A stretch of DNA of 64,000 nucleotides, taken from assembly GCA_024704765.1 (NCBI GenBank), contig JAKMXF010000188.1:248001-312000 (forward strand). The letters are read 5' to 3'. The translations under genes were made by a program, and so were the position numbers. Source of the DNA: Oopsacas minuta (taxonomy: Eukaryota; Animalia; Porifera). The notes beneath the pieces are model-generated. The model worked only from the letters and a program-made list of their open reading frames with translations. It was not told the DNA's origin and searched no databases. Positions 1 to 13,400 of this stretch are shown here, one piece after another. The first letter of the stretch is position 1. Each line of letters opens with the position of its first letter.

Positions 1-2
1 CT

Positions 3-554
3 AGAGAGAGGGCCGGGTTCAAGGTACGAGAACACACCCTCCTGGATTCATCCCGTCCCCCCTGCGTTACCATACTCACTCTGGTACGTGACGCTGTAGC
101 TCGCCTGGAGAACGGAGAAGGTACCCGACAAGACATCTGTCAGCTGGTACAAGACTCCCAATACATTAACAGCTCTGCTTCTGAGTCTCATATCAACGCT
201 GCAGTCAGTGGGGCTCTTGATAGACTGCATTATGAGAAAGATCCTTGTGTTAGGTTCGAGAACTCTCTCAAGTTATGGGTGTATCTACACAGATATAGGA
301 CAGAACAGCTGTTCAATGAGATACACCATCTGCAGATTGTAGCTATTAATGTACGGAAGAAGTTACTCAATCAGCTGGAGAAGGATCGAAATACGAAACA
401 AACACCAGTCATCATCCGATTCTCTCCTATTAATGATCAGGAGGACATGTCTTCACACCCTGAGGACCCCAGCAGCAGAGTATCCTCCCATTCTGATGTA
501 TCTACTGATGACGTAACATCTCCTGGAGCTGTATCTGATACTGACTCTGATTAG
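3..554 (+). CDS. NFRKB: 3' end of NFRKB/INO80G (winged-helix region); 5' part lies outside the window
   Basis: Frame 3 is open from the window start: REHTLLDSSRPPCVTILTLVRDAVARLENGEGTRQDICQLV...AVSGALDRLHYEKDPCVRFENSLKLWVYLHRYR, matching the NFRKB motif VTILSLVRDAAARLPNGEGTR...VSGALDRLHYEKDPCV. The ORF track shows only the part from a GTG at 279. Confidence 0.9.
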   Translation, partial: RERAGFKVREHTLLDSSRPPCVTILTLVRDAVARLENGEGTRQDICQLVQDSQYINSSASESHINAAVSGALDRLHYEKDPCVRFENSLKLWVYLHRYRTEQLFNEIHHLQIVAINVRKKLLNQLEKDRNTKQTPVIIRFSPINDQEDMSSHPEDPSSRVSSHSDVSTDDVTSPGAVSDTDSD

Positions 555-846
555 ACTATTTTTTGTTGTATAAAGTACAGATCTGTTATCAGACCCAGAA
601 TATTCACAACTAATTAATAATGAGGTAAATATAAAGATACATTTGTATATGATGACTACATAAGGGACTGACAATAAAGAGCCGTTAGATAGCACCGTAG
701 TAGTTAGCCGCGATGTATACGGATTCATTCATGGAAATTTGGCAGTCTTACTGTGATAAGATTGTCGCTACTCCCTAGCTATCAAAACGTTGCATGCTAG
801 GCAAACCCGGTGTAGCAGCCCAGATTATACCTTCGGGTATGGAGTG

Positions 847-1172
847 GGCTAGCTCAGAATACACAGGGTTTAATCTGGGCTAAGACAGATTATACACCCT
901 GCCTTTATTATGTCATATGCTAAAGTGTTGGCGTCTGGTGTCATCTATGTATTCATAAAGCACACCATACATGATGTAAATTGTTGCATGCAACAAGGTA
1001 ATATACATGGTGCAACAATGTTATGTTGCGTTTTCATGCAACAATTGTATGGTTGGCTTTATGAATGCATAGAGGACACCAGACGCCCACACTTTTGCGC
1101 ATGAAGTAATAAAAGCAGGGATTATAATCTGTCCAAGTACAGAATATATCTGGGGTTAATTTAGGCTAGCCC
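847..1172. mobile_element. Diverged foldback/MITE-like element with imperfect long inverted repeats
   Basis: gggctagc...gacagattata..ccctgc.tttatta (847-920) is mirrored in reverse complement at 1098-1172; no coding capacity. Confidence 0.5.
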
Positions 1173-1495
1173 AGTTTATGTTTATCCCTGGGGACAACAG
1201 TAGGGGTCCACAGAATGTGTTAACATTAGTATAGCTATATAAGTGATACGCTGGTAAGGTCGGGAATCGCTCCACTAACGCTTTTTAATAGAAAATCTAC
1301 ATATATCCAAAACAAATGAAGAATCGTCCTTAAAAATGGTGGTATCAGACTTATAGGAATATTGCCATAAGAGAAATACAAATAGGCTATAATATTCTAT
1401 ACGAATTCCTTGGGTGAGATCGTCATAGTTCCGTTACTGTTTCACTATTCATATTTGTGTATTGTAAAATTAATCAATTTCTTATTCCGTTAGTG

Positions 1496-2563
1496 ATGGC
1501 AGAACATAACACAGAGTATTCATCTCCTCTCTACCTACCCCATCACCCTACCTCCTCAGTCCTTAACAGAGGACTAGTAGAGCTACTACACGACAGAGAC
1601 ACGGTTACTATATGGGAGGTAATTGACTCACTACTCACATCTATGACATTACCTCCATCAGATATATTAGAGTATATAGCTATATATAGAGATTCTATTA
1701 GTACTGTTTATATACCTCCTGATGAACTTACTATCAACTTCCATCTGGTCAGGAAATACGGGTTAATGCTACCACAGCTGTATCCTGACGGTGTAATATT
1801 TCGCGATCAGAAGACAATCTCGTTAACTATTCTACAAATAAAATGTCTCCTCTGTCACATGGTATTAGGCTCTCTACCGAAACAATTCGAATGGAAGGAG
1901 ACCAGTAGAGCTAGTGTATATTACAGACATGTTCTATTCTACTATCTATCACTTGACAATGACACAAATGACAGATGTGTGACATGTACTCACCACACAA
2001 TCGCACCTTGTCAATGGGAACAGTTACCGGAAGTGCTACACCAATCTGACATATGTACAGGCACAATAGAGGATAATTCAATTAAGAATAAAGTTGTGTT
2101 TTCTAATAAGAATTTCGGACCAGGACCTGGAGGTACACAAGAGGAACTTATCTTCGGATCTTATCCTGAGACCTGTGTATTCCCTCTCTTCTTCTCACGC
2201 TCCCTCAGGGACTCAGAGGTTGTACTCATCTCTCAGGTTTTGAGAGTAGCAGAATACTCAGGTTATGGCAGAGAGGTAGAGTTTAAATCATTTATAGAAC
2301 CATCCGCGGAATATCACACTCTTTTATTAATGGATGCGTTGGAAATCGATTTGTTTGAGGATAAGAAAGAAGAGTTTTCAAATGAGAATATTACTCGTGA
2401 ATTGAACAAATGTTTCTGCGGTTTTTCACAGTTCACAGGAGGAGATATAGCAACAGGTAGATGGGGGTGTGGAGCATTTGGTGGTACATACAGTCTCAAG
2501 AAGAGGATACAACAATTTGCTGCTAACCGAGCTAAAGTCAATATTATATTTTGTGAAATTTAA
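1496..2563 (+). CDS. PARG: Poly(ADP-ribose) glycohydrolase, short catalytic-domain-only form (355 aa, intronless)
   Basis: Contains the QEE catalytic motif (NKNFGPGPGGTQEELIF), AEYSGYGR, LLMDAL and ATGRWGCGAFGG (canonical ATGNWGCGAFGG). First ATG is at 1496; the track ORF starts at a GTG at 1457. Confidence 0.88.
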   Translation: MAEHNTEYSSPLYLPHHPTSSVLNRGLVELLHDRDTVTIWEVIDSLLTSMTLPPSDILEYIAIYRDSISTVYIPPDELTINFHLVRKYGLMLPQLYPDGVIFRDQKTISLTILQIKCLLCHMVLGSLPKQFEWKETSRASVYYRHVLFYYLSLDNDTNDRCVTCTHHTIAPCQWEQLPEVLHQSDICTGTIEDNSIKNKVVFSNKNFGPGPGGTQEELIFGSYPETCVFPLFFSRSLRDSEVVLISQVLRVAEYSGYGREVEFKSFIEPSAEYHTLLLMDALEIDLFEDKKEEFSNENITRELNKCFCGFSQFTGGDIATGRWGCGAFGGTYSLKKRIQQFAANRAKVNIIFCEI

Positions 2564-2959
2564 TTATTTGATTATTGTGGAACCTTCCTAGACTTCTGAC
2601 TTATATGCCAAAATAGCCTTTAAGTTTCTCAACTTGATTAGATTTGGAAATATTTTGCAAACTTGAGTACAGGCAGACCTCGCCGTTCGCGGTTTCGACT
2701 ATTCGCGGATGATATTTTGTGTTTGGATTTGTTGTTCGCGACTCATTTCTCGACTATTCGCGGTTTTCCCTACGCACACCTACAAATTTGATAGAAATTT
2801 ACGTTTTATTCTTAATGATTTCCTATATTTTCTATTACCATCATATATATTGAGTTTGTATTTTCCCCATTAGCATTAAAATATTATGTAACTCAATACT
2901 CTAAATATTATAGTTTTTATGTGTGTTAAGATTAAAAAGAAATTTAGGAAACAAGATAT

Positions 2960-3480
2960 TTCATTCTTTGCCCGCGGGCCAAGTATTAAAACTCTCGATT
3001 TTCAACTCAATGTGTGAATGAAGCCTATTATTCACTTATAACTATTATCTATTATTGATTTTGATTGTGTTTAGTACGCGTACGGTATGTGTGTGTGTAT
3101 CGAAGATTATTTATAAATTTGTTTACTATTATTCATAAAAACAACTCAAATTTGCATATGAGAAACTTGAAATGCGAAATTCGGAGTCAGCGTACTTGAT
3201 TACACATGTGAAGACTTTGAGAGCAAGCCTCAACGATTACTTCAAGATATAAATTATTTATTTGCTTTATATTCATAAAAACAACAAATAATTTGCATAT
3301 GATTAATCTGAGAGTGTGAAAATCAGATTCAGCATATTCGATATATTTCGTCATGTTTTATTGAATTCTGTTTACTTTCTTGGTAAACACGATAAATACA
3401 TATAATTTGCGAGATCTCAGGATTGAGAAATTCGATTTCATACAGGGATGTATTGCGATGGCAATATCATTATTCATTTT
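2960..3480. repeat. Copy of an abundant AT-rich dispersed repeat family (core cagattcagcatattcgatatatt...ttcttggtaaacacgataaatacata)
   Basis: Related blocks recur at about 3800-3960, 10595-10990, 38400-38740 (reverse), 41540-41634/42947-42990, 43250-43430, 56575-56830 and 63260-63400. Several copies carry a GC-rich end (acgagcctttggctcgtcgcttcgc). Confidence 0.75.
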
Positions 3481-3962
3481 TCATGTCTACTACCAATTCA
3501 TTCAAGAATAGTTGATACAGCTAGCAGGGGTATCTTAGTCTTTGTACACATTTCATAAATACAAATAAATCAACATTGCAAGGATGCTTAAATATTTTTT
3601 AATAGCAATTCTCCAATATCCGATTTGGTCTGTAAATTCGTAAGAAGTGAATTATACTTAATTCGGATTACTTTTACTTCCTCGTATAATAAGAAATATC
3701 ATAGCTATTTCTATCATTAAGTTTCTCATGAATATTTTGATATATATTATTGAATTATTTTGTAAGATCATCCTTCTTTGTAACCGTTGAGAGCATATAC
3801 GTAAATTTTGAGATTTTGCTAATTTGTTTACTTTATATTCGTAAAAACATATCAACAGTAAAACAAACAACCAATGCCATATTCGGACTCAACATACTCA
3901 ATTACTCCAGTATAGTCGTTGAAAGTATGATTCGATATCCTTGAACATCGTTTACACTATTT

Positions 3963-4922
3963 TTACACATTTTTATTTTCCAGTTTCCCTGTATACACAA
4001 ACAAAAATATAAATAAACAAACAGCTAACATCCAAACGAAACAAAACAACAATAAAATAACTGTTTTATTAAAACTTGGCTGAATTTGATTTTGACTCAA
4101 ATCATTCCATCTATTTTCAAGATCATATTCCACAATCCAGAATTGTAGCGTTGTTATAGTTACAGCACAAATATGTGTAAGCTGATGTGAATTACCCAAA
4201 AGGTCGAATTTTCCTGGGTAAAATCTCTCAGGAATTTTACATGCAAACAACATAAATAGAATAATATTAAACAAAAGTAGAGTAAAATGCATTTTCGAAT
4301 TTTTGTATAGAAATACATGCGAGCCATCTGGGTAGAGATATAAATAGACTACTGGTAGATACGCCCAGATGAGTGGCTGTGAAAATGCGATGCTCCGAAT
4401 TATATATCTGTATTTAAGCCAGAAAAATCTGCTCAGACAATTCACTGGTACTATACAGAGATTTAAGATTACCGCGATGATAAGGTATGCGTATTCCAAC
4501 TCAAATATAGGAGTGTTAAGCGGCCGGTAATAATAGTATGCTGGTAGAATGCTACCCATTTCATAGAGGGCGATTCCTGTGTAATCAAGGAAAAAGCAAA
4601 AGTGCATACTTTTGTGTGAAATTGAGTTGAATAAGTGCGCTAAACTTGAAAGGAAGGTGTACAAAATTCCGCTTAGCCATATACATATTAGCGGAAAGTA
4701 TTTGGGTGTTTGAAACAACTCAATCTTATTGGTCAATAGCCAGTATGCCCAGAGAAGAGAAGGTATAAAATGTGTCCAGAAATTTATACATTCATTATTG
4801 TCCAATTTGAATGCACTTTTAATACACAATAAAGCACTAGCCCCAACAGGTCGATAACCCGAGAGAATGAACGGGTCTTGTATTCTTCGAGGACTTTTTA
4901 TTAGATGAGTACCGTTATTCAT
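3963..4922 (-). CDS. PAQR family (progestin/adipoQ receptor, membrane progestin receptor-like) multi-pass membrane protein, intronless, 319 aa
   Basis: PAQR motifs ILSGYRP, NECINFWTH, SSLAHLF, FFLDYTGI and PERFYPGKFDLLGNSHQLTH; several hydrophobic segments. Confidence 0.9.
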   Translation of the reverse strand: MNNGTHLIKSPRRIQDPFILSGYRPVGASALLCIKSAFKLDNNECINFWTHFIPSLLWAYWLLTNKIELFQTPKYFPLICIWLSGILYTFLSSLAHLFNSISHKSMHFCFFLDYTGIALYEMGSILPAYYYYRPLNTPIFELEYAYLIIAVILNLCIVPVNCLSRFFWLKYRYIIRSIAFSQPLIWAYLPVVYLYLYPDGSHVFLYKNSKMHFTLLLFNIILFMLFACKIPERFYPGKFDLLGNSHQLTHICAVTITTLQFWIVEYDLENRWNDLSQNQIQPSFNKTVILLLFCFVWMLAVCLFIFLFVYTGKLENKNV

Positions 4923-7499
4923 TGTGTCGGCTATTACTTGTTTAATTAACGGGATTGGAGTACGGAAGACTATTTATAACTACCAAAGATTAGGATCAGG
5001 TTTCCTCTACTATTCTTATTACTTCACTAGCATTTATAACTAGATCGTGCGCAGGCCAGATTTCAGATCCACTCAATATTTGTAATTTTGTTGGTGATTT
5101 GTGATTTGTGATTTGTGCTCCAAAAATATCACCATTTTTTTTTTTTCAAATATTTAAACAAAATATGTATTTTGAGATATGACAAAATTTTATATGAAGG
5201 TGCTTTAGATGCATGCCATTTTTAACCTCTTTTAATATATACTTTGGTGACTGCATGTGCGCAACTTTTAGGTGTTAAGGTTGCATGGATTCCAACCAAG
5301 AACCCCCTCCCAAGGAAATATGATGTCTACCAGATATATAGTGGCTAATGATAATGGAATTAAAGGGTCCATTCTATAATATAACGTGATAAATAATTGA
5401 ATTGGACCTAAGTTAACAACTAAGGTCCAATTCATTAGAGACCACCACAAAATTCGTGGAAATAAATGATAATACGTAATTAAATTTCCAATTCGGGATT
5501 GACGATACCGTACTTCAATATCGTTACTTGACATTTTTAATATTATAAGATTGTTACTGATCTTTTGGAGAAGTGATTGAATGAAACCGTATTTTGGGAT
5601 CAATCTATTATTCGCATGTAATCACTCTTAATTAAATATTTGTTATAATACTTGTTCTATTAAATATGGTTGTCTCATTTATTAATTATTTACCTTTTTG
5701 CCGCTTTTCGTATTTTGGAGAATATTAAATGTCAAATCTTCTGGCCATCCGAGACTCCGGCGGGATAATTATCGATGTTCTTATCTAATGTTGGTCACTT
5801 CGTGTCACAACATCAAACTACTCTCTCCATCAGTAGAACCATGGCCTATTAAAATACAGCTATACATGCTACCGAATCATGGTAAAAAATATGAGTCTAG
5901 TTTTTGAATAGTAATTTGTAAAGGCTGATAAATAAAAAATACGTGTGATAGGCATTAGGAATGTATTATTAACATATAGAAACGTAGAATCAAAGTATAC
6001 ATATGGTGGTAAAAGATGTGATTAGTCATCATGTAGTTGAGGGCTGTACTATTTTAGTACAACAAATACAAGATTCTAATCTGTATTTAGGCATTGTTTC
6101 CAACATCTGTAATGCCTGATTGGCATATATTATTATGTATTAATGTAGTTGATTCAAAAAATTCAATAACATGATCGAAATGTGATCATATTCCCGTGTT
6201 GCTAAGGAAATGCATTTTGTCATAATGAAGCCATGACTCAAAAACTATAAATCCTATCAGAATTTTACAATCAACTGGACAAACTTTGGTTGCTCCATAT
6301 ATTTTGTATAGGTCAACCAGAACCTGAGCAACTGATATCTGCTTGCCACAGCATTGGTCCGTTAGTGTTATTATGATCGAGTTGCATCAGGGATGATCTT
6401 AGATCCCAACCTGTTATACTCAAAATGCTGGCCATCAACACGAATATTTGTTTAATTAATGTAAAATATAGCCATAAAATGAAAATAGTATATAATTCAA
6501 TAATAAGACTACTACATAGGACTAATTGACCGAATATTAAACTTGATTATTGATATTACATACACATACACATATTTACTATCACATAACTAATTGGTCA
6601 ATTTGTCCTAAAACATGGCCGCGTACCCCTGAAAAAACCCCTCGCGCGGTTGGAACCCCTGACTTTTATGTATAAAATTTCTACCTAATTAGCAAGTAGT
6701 TATGTAAAACCTGTGAGGATTTTTAAACTAGCGGTTATGTTGAATTCATTGATTACAAAAAATAGCTCTGTATTGGCTAAATCTGGTATTAATATGGCAT
6801 TCACGATCTTTTGTGATGTTTTCTCATTTTCTATTTATGTGATTCTAGATTCCGTTAGTAAAATAACCAATTTAGCCTATACATAGGATCGTTCTGTTTT
6901 ATATTTGCTCTAAATACTCTATAGTTTAAAAATCCTCACAGGTTTTGCATGACTGGTTGATATTTCGGTATAATATTTTTGCGAATTGTTGTAATTTCCC
7001 CATTTTGTATGTTTGAATTTTATAAAGTTGTTACGTGATGGAGTATAATGGAATTCAGATACGGATTCAGCATAGTCGATAGTAAATAAGGCAATATGTA
7101 GTGTCTAAGAAGCAAAGACTAAAAACTCAGTTATGGGCTTAGTTCGCTCTTCTACTGTTGTTCGATCTGTAGATATCCGTAGATATAAAGGTTGCTAGTA
7201 AAGGTATCCCTCGCCTTTCGAGGTGGAACGTCCCTGTAAATTGCTATGAACGACAAACAAGCGAACGGCGAGACTAAATAATCACCCCGGTTCTCAATCC
7301 CCTGGAGGTTTTCGCTTACACTACGAAACACAAAATATCATCCCCGAATAGTATAAAACCGTGAGGGCTGCCTGTATACAAATATTGCTAATAAATGAAC
7401 TCTACTGTACCTCAATATGGATATATTATTAGAAATATATTTGTACAAATATTATTTAATCATCATTTAACTCAGAAATAAACCTCGCTTTCTTCAAGG

Positions 7500-10400
7500 A
7501 TGGCTACCTCAGAACAGAATCCAGCTAAAGTGTTTCTAAATACCTTCAATCTAACTCCAGCGGATCTTCTCCAGATATCTGACCTCTTCATAAAGGAAAT
7601 GGAAGAGGGACTATCCAAAGATGACCATAATAGTCCTGTTAAAATGCTGGTTGCATATGTACACGGGTTACCGACTGGTAAGGAGAGGGGTAGGTATCTA
7701 GCACTTGATTTAGGAGGCAGTAATTTCAGAGTATTGCTTATAACAATAGAAGAGAATGGGAGTATTACTCAATTATCTGAAAAGTTTGCACTATATGATG
7801 ATGTGAGTTTTATCTGTGCAGGTTAATATCGTATATAGCGTATTTCCTTGAATAATATATTTTTATTTTCTGAATATTTTTCCCCAAGTTTTTGGAGTTT
7901 TTTATCATTGGATTTGTTCTAAGAAATTTCTATCAATCCTTGACCAAATTTCGAACACTATCGGCCTCAACTTTCTTATATACACAGTATAGAGTTTGTT
8001 GGTGACAAATATACCTGCATGAGTTATATGACACATTTTAGTACAGCTCCTATAGGGAGATACCCTAATGATATGGAAGATATCCTACTTACGTCTGTCC
8101 TCGCGGCCGTGCGAAATCTAGCAGCCCGATAAACATGAAATTGGTATACATATACATTTGGGTCGGAGATTTGTACCCTTGGGTATGAATTTTTCTAAAG
8201 TTAGTATTTCACCACCTTTCTATGTAAAACTAAATTCTTGCAAGTGACTAAGTTTCAACCTGTCAGGAGTAATTAGGTGTGTAGATTCCGATTTTGAGAT
8301 TATCGTAGTCAATTACGTAGAGGATTCCTTCACAGTTCGCAGGTTCATGAAATTTTTGACATGTTATTATATGTTAATACAATTTCATGATATCTGTTTG
8401 ATGTTCAAAGTTTTCCACCCACCGACCAAAATAAGTTATGGCGCCTATGCCGAGCTGTACTACCAATCTGTCGGCTGGATATTTTGAATTGCTTAAGATT
8501 GTTTTTGTTTCAGCTTGGGGGTTTTCGAATTATAAGTTGGCAACACTGGTCTATTTATTCTACTTTCGTATGTTGAAATCTTAATAAGATAGCAGTATGT
8601 TTATAACTGATTATTGACAAAAGGTTATATCTAGCAAATATTATACGTACATTTGTTTGTATAATTATGTTAATAATAGCGGAAGTCTTTAATCCAAGCT
8701 CCTTAATATGGAGTGTTTAGTAATTTTGATGTCAATTTGAGTCGAAATAACTGGGGTTGTTATGAGTGGACTTCGTTATAACGGGCTGAAAATACAATAG
8801 CTTTTGACCTAAGGGGTAATTAATAACTTCGTTATAACTGGGGTTTACTGTATTAAATTTGACCAGTCATGAGGTTTAGACTGGACTACCACATGGAAGA
8901 ACCTTCCAACCCAGTGCTATACATATTTTGAGAATAGTATTATTCCTCTATATTGTATATTTATTTGTTTACCTTCTTGTTTATATTTTATTTCTTGTGT
9001 TATTGTTATATTTTGTATATTTACAGATTATGAGAACAACACAAGAGGTGTTATTTGATAAAGTAGCAGAGAGTGTAATCTCATTTGGTGAGAAATATGG
9101 AATTAAAGAAACTCTACCTCTCGGATTTACTTTCTCATTTCCTGTACAACAACATAGCATTAATAAAGGCACCCTAATACGGTAATTATCCAAACTAATA
9201 CACAACAAACAAACAAACAAACAAACAAATATCCTATATATTTATCAATGTATAATGTATATAGCTGGACGAAAGGATTTTCAGCAGAAGGAGCAGTAGG
9301 CAGAGATATAATGGAGATGTTACAGGAAGCTCTTGACAGGAAGGGATCTAAAATAGCTTATCTATCTGCTCTAGTTAATGACACAACAGGTACACTCATG
9401 GCTAAGGCTATCGAGGAGAAGGAATGTTTTGTAGGACTTATTCTAGGAACAGGTGAGTATAGGGTGGATAATAGATGAAAAGAGGCCCTCTGAGCTAATT
9501 GTTGGGGTTGGGTCTGTAAGGAATTTAAGATATGGATATTTGTGAAAATTTGATAATCCTTTCTCTGAGAATTTCAGACTCTCTATTCCTTAATCGTGAT
9601 TATCGCGATAAGAATATCAAAATATTTTCTTATAACCTGTATTAGTTATTAGTATATGAAAACCGTTTTCCAAGTATTATTCTTATACCCGATATCTTCA
9701 TATGATCGGTGTGTTTTAATTTCTTATCAGGGATAACCATTGTATTTCTTTGTACATTACTTTATTCATAGGGACAGGGGTGCTTGAGTCCCCCCTGTCC
9801 TGGCTACTGCCTCAAAGAGCTAATATAATATCCGTGTGAGACCCATCCATAATGCAGGAGTCCCCCTCTCCCTGGATCATTCGAATTGTTAGAAAGTTCG
9901 GCACCCCTGATATTGTTTGTTTGTTGTTTGTTATCACTAGATTTTGTTTATTACTTTGTTTATATATTGACACAACATTCTAGGAACTAATGCCTGCTAC
10001 TTAGAAAAGATATCTAACATCCCTAAATACAAGTCACCACCTCCTAATGCAACTCACGTGCTTATTAACACTGAGTGGGGGGCTTTCGGAGAAAACGGTG
10101 CCTTAGACAAGTTCCTGACTGAGATGGATGCAGAATTGGACAAAGCTGCTCTTCATAAGAAACAACAAATATTCGAGAAAATGATCAGTGGGAAATATAT
10201 GGGTTAGCTCTACTAATTATCTTGAATATCTGAATATGTAACCAGTTATTATTATCACACAAGGCCGGTCATGTCATCGCTATATAGGAAGTAAGACATT
10301 TCTTTCCACTGCATTTCTACTAATCCATGGTAAATCAACAACTAGAGGAATGCCTCAAAATTACTTAATTCATCTTCAACCTATCTTGGAACGAAATGTC

Positions 10401-13400
10401 GGTATCCGATATAGTGACTGTTATCATAGATTATACTGTACGGTATGTATTTAATACGTATAGTATATGATAATACATTTGATAAGGGTAACCTAGGGCG
10501 TTTACTTTATGGGATGTGGAGTCACAATGGATTTAGCTAATGCGAACTTGAATATATTATTGGAATGGTAGCCTATGTATTTTAATTTTATAACATACGA
10601 GCCTTTGGCTCGTCGCTTCGCGATGAATTCGGCACATTGCGCCTCAAGGTATTCAACGGATAAATAAACAGACAAACAACAATTGAGATCTATTAATATT
10701 GATGTGGTTTACACTATTCAGACTCAGCATACTCGAGTATACCAGTATAGCCGTTGAAAGTATGATTGTACCTCAATTTTGAACTTTGTTTACTTTATAT
10801 CCATAAAAACAACAATAAATTTATATATGATTAATCCAAAAGTGTAAAATGGGATTCAGCATGTTCGATATATTTAATGAAGTTTTATTGAATTCTATTT
10901 ACTTCCTTGATAAACACGATAAATACATAGTTAAGAGACAATTTCAAAATTGCATACCGTAAATCCTTCCTTGACAACGGATAAACAATCATTGAGATTT
11001 AATAATATAGATTTTAATGTATTTTAGGTGAATTGGTTCGACTTTGTTGCCAGAAAATGATTTCCATCGGAATTCTCTTCAAAGGACAATCAACTCCTAA
11101 ATTCGACAAAATAGAATCTTTCGAGTCAAGTTTCGTATCACAAATAGAAGAAGGAGATAAACCAGATATCAAAATAATAACAGGAATACTGAACCAGTTT
11201 GATATTACTCCCAGTGAGCAGGATTGTCAGTTAGTGAGAGATGCTTGTGTAGCTGTTAGTACTAGGGCAGCTAGGTTATCTGTTGCTGGGATTATTGCAC
11301 TTGTTAAGAAGATGAACAGAATAGAAGGTATATAACTAATTACTCATAGGTCTATTGTATTAGTTGATTTAATTCGATCTTCTGAATGCTTAGTATTTAA
11401 TGGGTACTGCCGTCAAGATACACCGTACAGCTTTACAATAATTTGTACAGCTCCTATAGGGAGATGCCTTAATTCTATGGACGATGTGCGACGTCCGTCC
11501 GCGAAATCTAACCGTCAGATTAACATGAAATATTCATGTCTTAATCTGGGTGCCCGCCGCGTACCTAAATCGGTTCCGCGTTTTGTAGCAAAAATTGATT
11601 GCGTAAAATAGATAAATAGGTTCTGTGATTGTGTAATAGGATTCATATATTCAATTCTGGGTAAGAAATATCCATAGACAAACATCTAACGTCATGTTTT
11701 CTGTGCGGACTATACTTTAGGAAAGGATCAGTATTGATATGGTTGGTTGCCTATATTTTTTTTATCCGTTCGCGATGTACTTCCAATACTATAATAGATT
11801 AAGGCCTGAATTTCAGGATATGAGGACAATTACAGCTGGTTTGCATATAAGCTTTTGAAGCGAGTCTGCCACAATCAGCCACTTTATATCATTCCCATAG
11901 AGATAAAAAAAGATATGCCATTTAGAATATGATATTAATCACAAAGTGGAAGAGGTAGTAATAAATAGTCCAGAAATCGTTCCAGTTGAAATTAGAAAAG
12001 GTAGAAAATATATGAATTTCATTTGGTATATTCGACGCTACGGCTATGGGGCAATATTATTGTTAATTCAAGCTGATAAAATGTATTTATCTACAGATTC
12101 TACACTATATTTAAGTTATTTGTCAATCATACGTGGAGACTTCCCCAATAGTAATAATACACAGTGCAGAAACACGAAATATTTACTTCTGCTGTCATCA
12201 ATTCCTGGAAGTGCTAACCCTTGTACAGATATTCCCGTTAGCATCGCGATATGAGCTGGAGTTAATGAACAACGATCATCGGAGACAATTTTAGTTGTAG
12301 AGGAGAATGATCTTTCCACACTAGCTGTACCCATTGGTCGACAGAGAAAATAGGTCGCCATACAGCCTTCAAGGTTGCGTTGGACATAAACTTCTTATAT
12401 GCATCTTCTTGAGTATTACATCCTTCGAATAGCTTATGAATTTGGAGAGAGTGTAGATTTCTCTGTCCAGGGCAGATTTGTCGAAACCAAACCTCAAACT
12501 TACCAAACAAATTCCACTTCCGGGTTTCATCCAACCCACTGAATCAAACCTTGCAAGAATTGGCAAATTAATACTATCCTGTGAGAATCTTGCATCTATT
12601 TCACATATCAGTCCTGATATGTAGTTACCGAGTAGACTCTCGATTGGAATCTATGGAAAGCGTTTCGAGTGAAGAGGACCACTTTCGAAGATTTCAAAGC
12701 ATGCTGCCGTAATTTGTTTTGAGAGTGCATTAAATTCTTCATTTATGAATATAGAGATATCCAGATCTTTCAGAAGTGTCACAAATGCCTTAGTTTCAGA
12801 TACGGCATAAGAATAGTCAATCTTCGGGTCTTTATAACAGAGAGCTGAGACGGTTTGTGTGTCCGAGCAAGATTTGAAGCATAACGAGAATTTTCAATAT
12901 ACACACAGATATATACTTGAAATCACTCTACATTTCAAGCGATCTTCCTGATTAAAAGAATTATTATCAGAAATATCTTGAAGGGACTTGAGTATATATA
13001 CTATACATTGACCAGCCTATCGATACTTTTACCAGTAGTAAGCAATTGTGTTACAGCAGGCTGTATGTGTGTTTTCACATTCATCCCATCTTCCAAACAT
13101 TTGGCAAAATGTCGGCCTTCCGATTAGATATTTGAAAGATTTCAAACGTGGCGTTGACAAGTTCTATTACTTCCCTCACTAAAGGAACTTCATTAGCTGC
13201 TGTGTTACATACTAGTGCAAGACGATGAGCACGACGATGCTCGAAAAGAATATATTATTCCAGAAACGCCTTAAATATCTGTATACCCTCCCTGTTCGCT
13301 AGACATATTTCTGATCCCTTCAAAAGATGCGTCCGGCATAGATATTTGTCTAACCCAATGTCTTGACACGATCACATTCCAGTTTTAAAGATATATCTTG

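Noticed and set aside
9775-9909. caggggtgc...gcacccctg as a hAT MITE
   Set aside because: The inverted ends are only 9 bp and the flanking 8-mers do not match as a TSD.
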